The notes beneath the pieces are model-generated. The model made no database searches, was not told where the DNA came from, and saw only the letters and a list, made by a program, of their open reading frames with translations. From contig NC_045696.1 of NCBI RefSeq assembly GCF_009834535.1, positions 52,330,001-52,394,000 on the forward strand: a stretch of DNA of 64,000 bases. Direction: 5' to 3'. Positions 12,320-25,045 of this stretch are shown piece by piece (positions within the stretch are counted from its first letter, which is position 1; each line of letters opens with the position of its first letter). The DNA comes from Camelus ferus (taxonomy: Eukaryota). The translations under genes were made by a program, and so were the position numbers.

Positions 12320-13460
12320 TTTATCAACTTCTTACAGAATGGAGAGTACAGTGTTGAGGAAGTCAGACATTACCCCTGCCCTCATGGAGCTTATAGTCTG
12401 TTGGGCTGCACCCTGCAGGCCTGCAAGCCCTGTACTTGACCAGCTCAAGACCAAAGAAAAAGCTCAGATTCAGCGACAGAGACATCAGTGGTTTAATGGA
12501 TGGGGGAATCTTACACGTCTGAAGCAAGGTCCTAGGGCAACACCCCACTGTGTGGGGCAGATGCAGAGGGGACAGGAACAATGTTGGAGACTAGAGGGTG
12601 GAGAGGGAGGTTACCAATTATAGAGGGAATTGACTTCAAGGAAACCAACAGAGGGCCACACCTCTTTGACAAACTATCATAGTGGAGATAGTTCTGATCT
12701 AAAGATTAGAACAATCACTAGCTGGAGCTAGGGTCAAGTATGTAGGCATTTACTGATTGGGCTCTATGATTAAGAGGGAAGGTCAGTCAGGTGAGTAGGG
12801 TGTAGGTGAGGCAGGGACTGGTCAAGCAAGGGATGGACAGAGAGCAAGAGAACAGCCATCTTGGGTAGCCTGATCATACACAGTCTGTTGGAGAAGTTAG
12901 CTATTTACAATTACTGTACAAATGTACCTAGTGAATCAAGGATTTACTGGAGGAAACTGTACTTTAGTTAAGACAGCAAGAATTTTAGTTAGCTAGGTGT
13001 AGGAGGGAAAAGAGTTAAAAGATGACAGGTAAGGTGAACAGTACATGTGGAGGCCATCTTCAGAAAGATGTCCAGTGTAACTAGACATGGAAACCAAAGA
13101 GAGGAGTCATGAGGTCAGTGGCTAATGTTAGGTAAATGCCACATTGCATAAAGTTTTGTTAAAAGAGTTTTAGTTTTTAACCCTAAAGACATGGGAAATC
13201 ATTGGAGATTTTTAAACTGGAGAAAGATCCAGTCAGGTTAACACAGGTAAAAGATTACTCTGATTTCCCTGACAAAAATATATTATAATGAAGCCAGGAG
13301 GCATGTTAGGAGATAGGAAGCTATTGCAATAGATGAGATATGAAGATTTAAAGACAAAGGGAAGGATAGAAAGATGATGAAGATTCGAGTTATGGCAGCA
13401 ACAGTGAGGTTGAAGAGAAATGGACAAATAAGAGAAGTATTTAGGAAGTTTATCAGCCTG
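12320..13460 (-). mobile_element. L2 LINE, interrupted by an LTR
   Basis: 'cctgccctcatggagcttatagtc', 'atgggaaatcattggagattttta', 'gttaggagataggaagctattgcaatag'. Confidence 0.75.
12399..12880 (-). mobile_element. ERV solo LTR inserted in L2
   Basis: TG..CA ends; 5-bp TSD TAGTC (12394-12398) / CAGTC (12881-12885); removing it restores the L2 sequence. Confidence 0.8.
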
Positions 13461-13489
13461 CTTTTCAGAAGAAGGACTTTCTAAACATA

Positions 13490-14240
13490 GTAGTAACAGA
13501 AAACCCAAATAATTGATTTGACTGTATTAAAAATTATTTTTACTTTGTACATAAAAAATTTCAGGCTTGTGGTAAAGAGTCCAGAGAAAGTTAATACTTG
13601 TAATAAAATTTAAAAAAAGATGAATACTCTTAATGAAAATTAGACAAAGAAAATTAATAGGTATTTTGTAAAATGAGATTTATAAGTGAGAAACAAAAGT
13701 ATTAAAACTCAGCAATGGTAATTGCTGTAATAATAATAAGGAACTGCAGGTTTTAAAGTAATATACTGCTAATTTTAATTCCTGGGATAGGTTGATAGAA
13801 ATCAGTGATAACATCCAGTATGGGTGAAGATGTAGAAAAAAACAGTTATCTCACAATTCTAATGGAAGTTTAAATCAGAACTCTTTTTATACAGGACATT
13901 TTGGCTATAGATACAGATATAGATACATAAAGAGTTTTTATAAACATTCATACCTTTTAACTCAAAATAATTCCAGAATTTAACCTTCCAGAATTAATTT
14001 AAAGGATTAATATGTGGTATGAAGAAGTATTTATATAATAAAATATTTTCACCACATTACTTGTAATGGCAAAAATAATTTTTAATAATACAAATGCCCA
14101 ACATTAGGAAACTGTTTAATAGTATCAAGTGAGAAATTACTTGGAGTCAGTGAAAATGATACTTTTGGAAAAATTTAATGATGTGGAAAAACACTTATGA
14201 CCTAATTTTAAAAGAATACATTTTTAATACAATATTTGTA
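13490..14240 (+). mobile_element. Highly decayed L1ME ORF2/3' fragment
   Basis: A-rich; 'tagacaaagaaaattaataggtattt', 'taacatccagtatgggtgaagatgtagaaaaa', 'aaatgcccaacattagg'. Confidence 0.6.
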
Positions 14241-14548
14241 TAATAATGTCACAGATATATAATAATGTATTTTTAAAGTTATTTCATACAAAGTTAATGC
14301 ATAATTGTTACAGAAATTTTGAAAGTACAGAAAATTCTAAAAACAAACAAAAATTTAAATCATGTTTTCAGCACCCAGGAGTAAATACTAGTATTTTGGG
14401 GGACATTTTTAAATTTTCTTCTTAAATTATTTGGACATGTTTATGAAACTCCAAGATTCAGGTGTGTTTTTTGTTTGTTTTTTTTTTCTACCCATAAAAT
14501 GGGGTATAATGAGGCTTACCTTACAGATCTGATGTGACAATTAGTGAC

Positions 14549-15060
14549 TGTATTATTTAGAACTCTTTTGGTTGCAAGTGACAGAAACCTACCACAAACT
14601 AGATTAAACAGAAGAGAATTTATTGACTCATGTAAGTAGAAAAAAAAAGAAAACAAGTGATAGTAGAGTTAACTTTAGACACAGCTAGATCCAAGTTGAA
14701 ACATATTGTCAGCAAATTTTTCTCTCCGTGTCTTTGCTTTTGCCAGTGCTGATTTCATTCTCATGCACTTTTACCAAGTTGGACCTTGGGGTTCCAGGTT
14801 TACATTTTATAAGCCTGGTGCCTTTTTCCCAATAGTTATAACAGAAGTCCAGAGATGAACTCTAATTGATGTAGCAGGGCCCTGTACTCATGCCTGAATC
14901 AATTTTGTAGCTTTAGGGAATATACTTTATTGAGATACAGAGGTATCAGCTCCAACTGAATCATATCAACTGAGAGTTGAAAAGGGAAAATACACCAAAT
15001 CAAAATTAGGTGCTGTAATCAAAAAATAGGCAGAAACTAGGCACAAAAGTAATGTGCCTA
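14549..15060 (-). mobile_element. Old MaLR LTR (MLT1K/L-like)
   Basis: 'ctcttttggttgcaagtgacagaaacc', 'aatttattgactcatgta', 'aactctaattg'. Confidence 0.75.
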
Positions 15061-15264
15061 TTTCCTTGCCCAACTTATATTAGGGTTTCTTGAAGTGATG
15101 CTTTTAATATTTGTAGTATTTTTAGATTCAGCAACTCCTATAATTAATATCTGTGAAGGCTATAAAACTATAGCCCTTGAAACAGATTTTGATAAGTCAT
15201 TTTAAAATGCTTTCTTGCTTATATTCTAGTTACACTCCAATCCCATTGTAGCTCTTTCATTCTT

Positions 15265-16990
15265 TTTTCCATTCATCTGACAATTGTCGAGTATCTATAT
15301 GCCATAAGTATTGGCAAAAGCCTAGGGAAGATTGAAATCTGGTTTTAGAACTTACTGTTTTGTAAGGATGGTATATGAACATATTGCCTGTTAAAAATTG
15401 TTAACAATTACAAAAGAGGTACTGAGAGCATACTTTGGGCAATAGAGATTGCTTCCTGCCTGGTATTAAATCAGGAAAAGCTTTATGGACTAGTTTATAT
15501 CATAAAGAATGCAAGAAATTGGACAAGTGGAAATGAGAATTTAAACACTTCTGTGTTCAAGTGAATACCTTGAGCAAAAACATAGAATCTGGAAAATGTA
15601 GAGTGCATTTTGAGTATAGAGAGCAGTTCAGTTTGCTAGAGTATGAAGATGACTTGTGGAAGAAGATTATAAAATGGTAGGTAAGCTTTTCTGGTAGTGA
15701 AGACCATCGCATAAGAATACACCTTTGGCTGGATTGCTAAATCCTTCTCTGGAGGAGTTAAAGGAAACATGAGAAGTACATGAAGCTGAGTTCTAACTCC
15801 CCCTGGCTGCCATAAAACTGTAAAACTAAAGGAGTATCAGCCCAAGGGGCTTCAGTTTACTTCACAAATATGTGGCGTTTCTTCCGGATGATTAATCTGA
15901 CAATAGCAGCAAAATGAGAGATAGAAAACAGAAGAAATGGTAAGGAAGCCAATATTAAGTTGTTGATGTTTGGTGGCTGAAGTGGAATAGTGTTGGTGAA
16001 AAAGGAAGTGTTAGGTGTTACAGATATTGAGTCGGTAAAATCAATAGAATTATGTAATTGGATCTATAGGTATGGGTGAGAGCTAGAAGAATTTTTAAAA
16101 GGTGATTAGAAGGGTGATGTCTTAGTCCATTCCAGTTTCTGTGACAAAATAACAGATTATGTAACTTACAAAAAAAAATGAAAATTTATCTCTCACATCT
16201 GAAGGCTGGGAAGTTTAAGATCAAGGTGGTAGCAGATTCAATGGTGAGAGTCTTCTTGGGTTATAGACAGCCATCTCACTGTAACCTACATGAAGGATGT
16301 GGACCAGGTAGCTCTCTGGGGTCTCTTTTTTAAGGCTCTGGTCCTATTCTTGAGTGCTCTGCCCTCATGACCTAATCACCTCTGAAAGGCTCACTTCTGA
16401 ATATCATCACACTGGGGATTAGATTTCAACATAATGGATTTTGGGGGAGATACATCAGTCTAAGGCTGATGATATTGCCATCCATACAAATGGGGAAACT
16501 AGGCTTGTTGTGAGGAAAGTCAATGTATACTCTCTTAGACATTTTGAGTTTGATGGACTGTTGGGGGAACACCAAATAGAGATCTCCATCATGTGGTTGG
16601 CAATTTCAAGTTTGAGCTATGAAACAAGTAGGGACAGAAATAAAGGTAGTCTTGCTCTCTTCTCAACCAAGTGTAATCACTTAGTAGAATTAGTAGAGGT
16701 CCTACAAGTGGTTGGAGTGGCAAAGAAGTCAATGTGGAAGAACAAACTTTATGCCAGAACCTATGAAATTACGTTTAAGGGCTAGCAGGGAAAGGGGAGC
16801 AGAAATAAAAGACAATCAAGAAATTTAGGTAAGTTAAATAGGGAAAATTGTGTCTGAGTGTGACCTTCTGTAAGAACATTTAAAATTTGGGCCAAGTTAG
16901 ATCAAAGAATTAAGAAAGAAAAATGGAACAATAAATAGGAGTTTATATATTTTAAGACTTAACATAATGGTGACTATAAGATAAAAACAA
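15265..16990 (-). mobile_element. L2 LINE fragments, interrupted
   Basis: 'ttccattcatctgacaa', 'caggaaaagcttt', 'ggtaaaatcaatagaatt', 'tagacattttgagtttga'. Confidence 0.6.
16118..16466 (-). mobile_element. MaLR solo LTR (MLT1A-like)
   Basis: 'tgtcttagtccattc', 'aggctgggaagtttaagatcaaggtg', 'gccctcatgacctaatcacctc', 'ggggattagatttcaacata'. Confidence 0.9.
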
Positions 16991-18659
16991 GAGTGGACAG
17001 CAGGTGTTCTAAAAATTGTTATTAAAGAAATGTACCAATAATTAAACTTTTATATTTTCCTACAATTCCTTTTATCTCCTTTTATCATACAAGTTATTTT
17101 CTTAATATTAGTCAATAATGTAGACTATGAATCTTTTTTCTAAAAGAACAAAAGAGTTTGGTGTTTTTAAAGTATATTTAACTCTGCTAGTAGTCAAATG
17201 TAATAGAAGGAACTAAAAACAGCCTTACCTCGATAATATATTTCACCTGTAGAATGGGGCTAATAAAACTTGTCATCAGCTGATCTCAGAGAATTGTTAT
17301 GTACATTAATTGAAAAGAACTATGTGTGAATGTAAAAGTTAAAATAACATGCAACATAATCTTTAGAGAGTTTTTTGTTTTTTATTTTATGCTGATAAAA
17401 TTGTCATTACTTTAAATAAGCCATAAATACCTATTTTTTGCTTTATTTTCAGTAAATACTCTCATCTTTCTTGCACTTATAAATTTACTGTAGTTTTGCT
17501 TTCAGTGAGATATTTGCATTTATCTTATTTCTGCCCATTTTTGCTCTGGCAAATACGTGCCAAATAAAATGTTAGTATCAGCAAACAAACATTTTTCTTG
17601 GGTGTGTCCTCACTGTCCAAATGTTTGTTTTTAGCCAGAACTATTTGTTTCAAAAGCTTTCATGAAACGTGTATTTGTTTTTGAACCATCCCAACGGCTC
17701 AAATATTCCTGCTACATTTCCTTAGGTCACCTTCTATTCAACACTTCTTATGAATTCTCCTGCTGGCCAGAATTTTTTCTGAGGCTTCAGTAGTTGCCTG
17801 GTAGGAATGCTTGTAAAAACATTTGTGGATAGCCCAAACATTTTCAATAACATTTGCTTGGAAAAAATTTACTGGCAGCCAGGACACATTATTTAAACAT
17901 ATTTCAAAATATTTATGCATCCCTGCAATACTTTGGCGGTGTCTGTATATCAAGGCTGAATTGATGGTTTTCTAGTTAAGTCTTTTTGTTTGTTTGTTTT
18001 TGGTCATTCACAATGGTTGATTGATGAGTGATAGAATTTCCATGCAGTTGATTTGATTAACTTGATTTTAAGGTGGCTATACCAACCAATGGTTTTTCAA
18101 CTTTCTTGCTTCTCAGAGAAGGGAACTTAAATTAGATTGACTTTACTGTAATCTCTTCAGATGCTTGATTCACAGAGAAGCTATTTTAGCTTTTTCCTTC
18201 ATTTCCTTCCCAACAGTAGTTTAGAAAATGGTAGATTTGTTAGGATCATTTGGGCATTAGGATTTAGTAAAAGATGTAGATTTAATGAAACTTGTGGTTC
18301 TTACATAGGATTTTCAATATCTGTAAAAGTTGTTTTTCATATTCCATGACTATGTCTAAATGGAGAAAGAAAATGGATAAATTATTTGTGTGTTTATGTG
18401 GAATAGATGAAATAATTTGTTATAATTTATATGTTTTGTTAGTAGGGTTCTAAGCCTATGATTATATCTGGTCCTTGATTTTAGATGATCTGATCTACAG
18501 AAGAAAGAGTAAGAAATATTACCTTAACTTTGGCTACCAGGAATGACAAGGATACATAAATTGAAAAGGCTTTAGTAAGCATATCTTTAAAAACCATATT
18601 AAAGAGTTTTCATTCATGACGTTCTCCTCTCTGATTTTGCCTAGTCCCATATTGCTAAG

Positions 18660-19090
18660 TTGGCCTTCTGTGTGTCTTTTCTTTCACCTCCTTTTTCTGC
18701 ATTTTTGTGTGTAGATGTTTTTCTCCATGTGTTTGTGCTGTATTTTTCGTGTGGCTTTCTCTCTACATTCCACTGTGTTTATTCATCTGATTATGTGTCA
18801 TTTTCTGTGCCTGTGTATGTGTGCCTTTTCATGTGTGCCCAAGCTGTTTTTCCTTCAGGTGTCTCTACTTACTTGTGATCTCTGTCTTTGCCTTTATCAA
18901 TACCTTTCTCTGTGTGTCCTTGTGTCTGCATGTCTGTGTAAATGTATATGAGTTTTATGTTCTCCAAGTGCATTTCAATGTATCTCCCAACTTAAATGAC
19001 TTTGTTCTCTCTCTGTTTTTCTGTGTTCCACGTTATGTATGGCTTTCTCAATTTTTATCTGATTTTATTTCTCTATGTATATCTTCCTTC
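18660..19090. repeat. Low-complexity TG/TC-rich tract
   Basis: Strongly A-depleted, with many tgtgt/tctct units; source of spurious F/L/C/V-rich ORFs. Confidence 0.7.
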
Positions 19091-19392
19091 TTTTATGATT
19101 ACAAACATTGGAATTTTGCTGAGGTGTTATACTTACCAATTTGAATTTAAAATTTCTCATTCCATTCTATTAGAAAAATGTGTTAAAGATAATGAACAGG
19201 CAGTTCAAGAAAGCAATACAAGTGGGCCAATAACTTTATAAAATAGATATATTCTCACTATTAAGTACATGAAAATTAAAATGGGATTATATTTATTGAC
19301 TATCAGATTGATAAAGATATGCATTGTAGAAAAATAATAATAACTTATAGTGGTATTGAATCAATATTTTTTAAGAGGATAACATGTTAAAG

Positions 19393-20090
19393 TTTTGTTT
19401 GTATTGAAGTATACTTAATTTACAATATTGTGTTAATTTCTGGTGTATAGCATAGTGATTCATTTATACATATATATATTCTTTTTCATATTCTTTTTTA
19501 TTATAGACCATTACAAGGTATTGAATATAGTCCCCTGTGCTGTACAGTAGTAACTTGTTGCTTATCTGTTTTATATATATTGTTAGTATCTACAAATCCC
19601 AAACTCCCAATTTATCCTTCCTACCTCCTGTTCCCCCTGGTAGTCATGTTTGTTTTCTAGTCATGAGTTTGCTTTCTATGTCTGTAAGTCTGTCTCTGTT
19701 TTATAAATAAGTTCATTTGTATCCTTTTTTTTTGATTCCACATATAAGTGGTATCAAATGGTAATTTTCTTTCTCTTTCTGACTTACTTCTCTTAGAATG
19801 ACAATCTCCAGGTCCATCCATGTTGCTGCAAATGGCATTTTATTCTTTTTTATGGCTGAGTAGTATTCTATTGTATATATATCCCACAACTTCTTTATCC
19901 AGTCATCTGTCGATGGACATTTAGGTTGCTTCCATGTCTTGGCTATTGTAACTAGTGCTGCTGTGTAACACTGAGGTGCACGTATCTTCCGATTAGAGTT
20001 TCTTCCAGATATATGCCCAGAAGTGTGATTGCTGGATCATAGAGTAAATAAATCTATTTTCAGTTTTTAAGGAATCTCATACAGTTTCAA
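19393..20090 (-). mobile_element. Relatively young L1 3' end, artiodactyl (camelid-like) type
   Basis: 'attgaagtata', 'gaatatagtcccctgtgctgtacagtag', 'ttagaatgacaatctccaggtccatccatgttgctgcaaatggcatt', 'gatggacatttaggttgcttccatgtcttggctattgta'. Confidence 0.9.
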
Positions 20091-20094
20091 ATAT

Positions 20095-20560
20095 ATATAA
20101 GCTTTGATTCAGCAATTCCACTCTAGGCATTTGTCCCCTCAAAATAACCAGACAACTGTACAACTGTTTATTTTAGAATTGCCTTTAGGAGTATGAAACT
20201 GAAAGTAAGTGTCTATTAGTAGGGATTGGTTAAATGAATTATGATACAACAAATACAACAAAATATTAGATTTCTATTGTTACAGAAAAATTCTATTATA
20301 TATTGATAGCTGGGAAATAGTTGAATTTCAAAAAAGTATGGAAAGATACTTTTTTTATACATATACTTATACATATTGTATATGCCATTCATTCATTCAA
20401 ACTATATATATATATAGTGTCCTTTCTATGTGCTAAGCCCTATAGAAGCACTATAGAGGAGGTATCCCTATTGTTTAATATGGGGTAGGTAATGAGAGAA
20501 CTTCCACCTTCTCTTTATTGTGAATTTAGCAATCATATATTATGAAAAATAACAGTAGCA
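20095..20560 (+). mobile_element. Old L1ME 3' fragment (continues 19150-19330)
   Basis: 'tttgattcagcaattccactctaggcattt', 'agggattggttaaatgaattatg'. Confidence 0.65.
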
Positions 20561-21002
20561 CCAGTTTTGATAAAAGAGTTCTCTTAAATTTCAAGACAGA
20601 TTAATTTGTTTCTATTTTAAGATACTAAATTAAATTGATCTCTTCTTTTGTGGTTTTCCTTTCTTTCTTTCTTTCTTTTTTTTCCCTCCCTCCCCTACAC
20701 TGTGGATTAGTGATCCACCACAAAAAGTGATTCCTACTCCTAGCCAAAGCAATGTTCTTAGGTGCTCTGGAAATGCTGTGCCTTAGTATGTATTATCTTA
20801 ATGAGTTCTGAAGAAGAAATATTTGTTTAAGGTTTTTGGAAAAATATTAAGATATGTATGTGTCAAAATGGCATTCCAGTGTGAAGCATGGAGAGTTTGG
20901 ACAAATATAATGTGAAACTACAATGATAAACGCTTTGCTGGGTCATTAGAAATTCACACTAATGTCAGTGTGAAACCAAACTTGGAAATTTAATGTTTAG
21001 TA

Positions 21003-21189
21003 CAGTAATTTTCAAACCTTTGTGTGATCAGACTCATCTAAGGAACTATTTTTAAATGCAGATGCCTGGACCCCATCTTCTGAGATTCTGACTTGGTAGG
21101 TCTCAGTGGGTCACAGATTCTGTATTTTAATAAGTTTCCCAGGTGATTCTAATACAAGAGGTTTAAGGGTTACATTTCAAGAAACAGTG
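21003..21189. mobile_element. MER5 (MER5B-like) hAT MITE
   Basis: 'aaatgcagatgcctggaccccat', 'gagattctga', 'ccaggtgattctaat'; CAGT..AGTG ends. Confidence 0.8.
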
Positions 21190-22006
21190 CTAATGAGTAA
21201 GTTTCAATAGCTAATCTACTTTTAAAAATTGACAGATTTTTCTTAAGTCATATCTTTTAGATACATTTCTAGGAGAATTATTTGAAAAAGGTTATTTAAT
21301 GAATTGTGGAAGGGAGATTGTGAGTTCATAGGCAGGTTACATTCCATTTCAAGACCTGTTTATTGGTTTTCTGGGCTACAACTCTGAGCCAAAATTTTAA
21401 TGAGCTGCCAGTGTTTACTTCCATCAAATAAAAATTGTCATGCCTTTTCCTCAAACAATGGCATTAATATTTATTAGTTTCTTCTTGTTCTTATTATTTT
21501 AAAATAAGTAGCTAGTGTGAGTTCCCAAGAATAGTGTCAAAGTATGACAAAGTAAAAATAATAGACCACTACAAATGCAGAATTCTGATCAATGAAAGCA
21601 GCATGTAATATAGACAAAAGACTACTTTAGAGCACGTAGGCACAGTCAGAATATCAAATCTATAAGTCTTAAAAGACTGAATGATGTAAAATAAATATAT
21701 CAATCATCAGAATAGAAGTTTGCCTCAAAAGTGACTTTGAACTTCCTGGAAGAAATGGTTGTGAAATATATACAGCAAGATGTTCATAAAATTTTTACAG
21801 CATAACCTGTTTGTGTATAACCAAGGTGTATAATACACATATGATTTAAATATTTTGTGATCATTTAATACAAAATTATTTATAATTCTATTTTAAATAA
21901 GGTTTATATGGGTAGGAATCCAAAAAGTCTTCCACAATGAATCTGATATATGAAAACACCTGACCAGTTCAGACAGAGAGTTTTATGGCTGCAAAAGCAT
22001 TTGGTT

Positions 22007-22150
22007 TAGTGTTTTTCAAACTTTAACGTGCATAAGAGTCACTTGGGGATCTTGTTAAAATGAAAATTCTGATGATGATCTAGAATGTGGGACCTGAGAT
22101 TCACATTCCAAACAAGCTGTTGTTCCAAGGACCACATTTTGAATTTCAAG
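22007..22150. mobile_element. MER5A1-like hAT MITE
   Basis: 'tcaaacttta..gtgcataagagtcacttggggatcttgttaaaatg', 'ggaccacattttga'. Confidence 0.75.
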
Positions 22151-22329
22151 TATTTGTGTTAACCCTTTTGTTTAATAGATGAGGGAATTGGTCATGGGAA
22201 GGGTATGGCTTTTGCAGGATGTGACTGTGACTCTGGTGGACATAAACTCATTGAAGTGGAATGGTATAAATGGCAGTTCCTCAAACTCTTATCTCTAAAG
22301 TCCCTTGTGGGGCCTTGGGTGCTGCCCTT

Positions 22330-22462
22330 CCTGAGTGGAGGCTTTCAACTTTTTCTTTCATTCTGTGAGCAAACCAAGATTCCCTTCAATAAATTTTCTT
22401 TTTGCTTGACCTGTCTAGAGACAGTTTCTGATGCCTGCAATCAAAAGAATATAACTAATAGA
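22330..22462 (+). mobile_element. MaLR LTR 3' end
   Basis: 'caataaattttcttttt', 'tttctgatgcctgcaatcaaaagaatataactaata'. Confidence 0.55.
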
Positions 22463-22580
22463 GGCTCTGGGTTGGGACTTGCATGGAAAGAAATAGATGA
22501 CATTTACATCACAAGGAAATAGATTCTTCTTACCCTGGAACGTGGGAATATATATATTTTCTTAAACGTTTACACGAGTC

Positions 22581-23340
22581 CACTGGTGACTCCCAAATGC
22601 CTCTCTCCAGCATGACTCTCCCCCCATCTTCTAGGCTCTATCCAACTTCTATTTGACATCTCCATCTGAGTGTCTAATGGGCATCTCATACTTAACTGTA
22701 CACAAAATCCAAAATTGAATTTCCCAAACTTGATGTTTCTGTAGCAAATGGCACATCTTTTCATGGAGTTGCTCAGGTAAAAACCTAGGAATCATTCTGA
22801 ATTTCTTTTCCTCTTGCCATAGTCAATCTATTAGTAAGTTCTATCAGTTTTGCCTTAAAAATTTAGCCAGAAATCAACCAATTTCCATCTCATTTGCCTC
22901 ACTTTTGTCTAAACCATCACCATCTCTACCTTGGACAACTGCAGTGGCTTTTTGTCTTTCTTTTTGCTTCCCCTCTACCTTTTCCACATGGCAGCCACAG
23001 TGACATTTTAAAAATGTAAACTAGATCATGTTACTTTCATGCTCATAACTGGTCAGTAGCTTCCCATACCACTGAGGAATAAAATCTAAACTCCCTACCA
23101 TGATCTACAAGGCCTTTTGTGATCTGACCCTTTACTCAGTCTCTCTTACTTCATCTTGTTCCGCTTTCCTCCTTGAACACACTGCTCCAACTCTACTGCT
23201 CTCCCTGGTAACTCTTCAACTAGTATGTGAGTTCCAGGGATAGGAAATTTGTCTGTTTTACTCACTGTTGTATCCTAGTACCTAGAATAAATGCCAGGCA
23301 AAGAGTAGATTTCATTTAACAGCTCTTGAATAAATGAGAA
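22581..23340 (+). mobile_element. L2a 3' region
   Basis: 'tgactcccaaat', 'gacatctccatctgagtgtctaatgggcatctca', 'ctcactgttgtatcctagtacctagaa', terminal 'ttgaataaatga'. Confidence 0.9.
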
Positions 23341-23692
23341 AAGAAATGTATAATCAATGTAATCAGTTAGGCACACTAAACAAGACAGATCCAATCACTG
23401 AAACTCTGGTAGGAAGCGAGTGGTTGGTCAATGAAGTGAGACAAGGTCTCAGTTATTACTACTAATTACTTACACCCTGAATCATCTATATATGAATTTA
23501 CCCCCAATTTTGAAATTCATGGTCCTTCTTAATAAACATGGAGCAATATTAGCAATAAGGTAGGTTGGCTGTCACCTGAGCCTTTTAATTTTTCTCACCA
23601 CAGTAATACACATGTTGATGGTTTTAAAGTGACCTTAGCAGGGAGTAGAAGAGAGATGCTAAAGCAATTAGCTAGATAGATGATTATGTTGC

Positions 23693-24056
23693 TATTATGG
23701 ACTGAGTGTTTGTGTCTGCCAAAATTCCTATGTTGAAATCCTAACCCCCAATATGATGGTATTAGGAAGTGAAGCCTTTGGGAAGTAATTAGGTCTTGAG
23801 GGTGGAGCCCTCATGAATGAGATTAGTGCTCTTAGAAGCAGAGACATAGGAGCTTGCTCTCTCTCTCTGCTTTCCACCATGTGAGGATACAGAGAAGACA
23901 GCCACCTGCAAACAAGGAAGCATTTCTCACCAGAAATGAATCTGCCTGCACCTTGATCTTGGACTTCCTAGCCTCCAGGCTCTGAGAAATAAATGTTTTT
24001 GTTTAAGCCACCCAGTCAATGGTAATTTGTTATAGCAGCCTGACAGGACTAAGATA
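23693..24056 (+). mobile_element. MLT1A-type MaLR solo LTR
   Basis: Full-length LTR motifs; perfect 5-bp TSD GTTGC at 23688-23692 and 24057-24061. Confidence 0.95.
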
Positions 24057-24349
24057 GTTGCTATATCTTAGTTTGTGTACCTTTAATAAGTGGATACCTT
24101 GTAATATATCAATTAACCAAATAAATTGCTTATCATTTATTTTTAATCATGTCTTCAAAAGAGGCATAGAAACACAAAATATTCATAAAATGTTATGTAA
24201 GAGAGTTGTAACTGAGAATTCTTGATTAAAAAAAAGATATGAGTGTGTTCACAAGGACAAAGGAATAAACAATAAAGTTTTTTTTTTAAATCACTCAATA
24301 CACCTCTGCCTTGTAAAGAAGGCATTCTAGTTTCTGTGAAGTAGTGTCC

Positions 24350-25045
24350 ATGAGTATTGCTGTCCTATAGGCATGTAAGTATCTCCTAGTCCTCTGGCCT
24401 TCGTTTTCTCTGATATATACATTACATAGTCCTATTTTCCCAGTCTTGCGCAGATGCAAGCTCCAATAACCTTTCTCCTATAGGCTCAATTTTGCAACTA
24501 CCTGAACCAGTAGAGACCAAATTTTAATTGTCAAAATCATCTGTGGACTCCAGTCTGAGTTTCAGTGTCCTGAGTAAAGCCCTTTGCCACTTGGTTTTGC
24601 CATGAGGGGCAATCTGCCCAGTAATGTTCAACATATGTAACTAGCCCATGTGCCAGGGTTTTGCTTCCTTTCTGGTGGGCAACCCAACTTCCTGCTGGGA
24701 CTATAGCTTTGGCTTTAACCTCTACGCCATTTACCTGGTGCTCTGATCCTCTTTCTTTTTTCTGTTAATCTGCTTTCCTTGGGGCTGGGCCATACTTTCA
24801 GGCCCTCTTTCAAACTGGACTACCTAAACTGCAACCAAAATATTTGCCCAACGATAGGTGTAGCTGCTATCCAGAGACTCGTTGTATCATGCCCTGTCTT
24901 CTTAAGAATCCCTGGGGTATCAGCATAAGCCTGGACTAGGTTCAAATTATACTTCTCTTTGGGGACCAGCCCTACTGCCAAGTTTAATTCCCTTTGCCCT
25001 AGTTCTGCTGGTCTGGCTAACTCTTTAATTCCTTTTTTCTGCTAC
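24350..25045 (-). mobile_element. Possible ancient Gypsy gag-protease relic
   Basis: 73 open minus-strand codons (25041-24823), then SYIC / HYWADCP (24642-24606; degenerate CCHC knuckle across a frameshift) and LVSTGS (24520-24503; LVDTGS-like). Confidence 0.4.

Noticed and set aside
11082..12623. Longest ORFs in the track (119 and 132 aa)
   Set aside because: They lie in or span solo LTR and L2 junctions; no domain similarity and no splice support.
18660..19241. Overlapping hydrophobic ORFs resembling membrane peptides
   Set aside because: An artefact of A-poor low-complexity DNA that lacks stop codons.
24823..24935. YADT...WLQF read as a reverse-transcriptase YADD motif
   Set aside because: No upstream PQG or downstream YLG motif; the neighbouring knuckle and protease-like motifs fit gag better.
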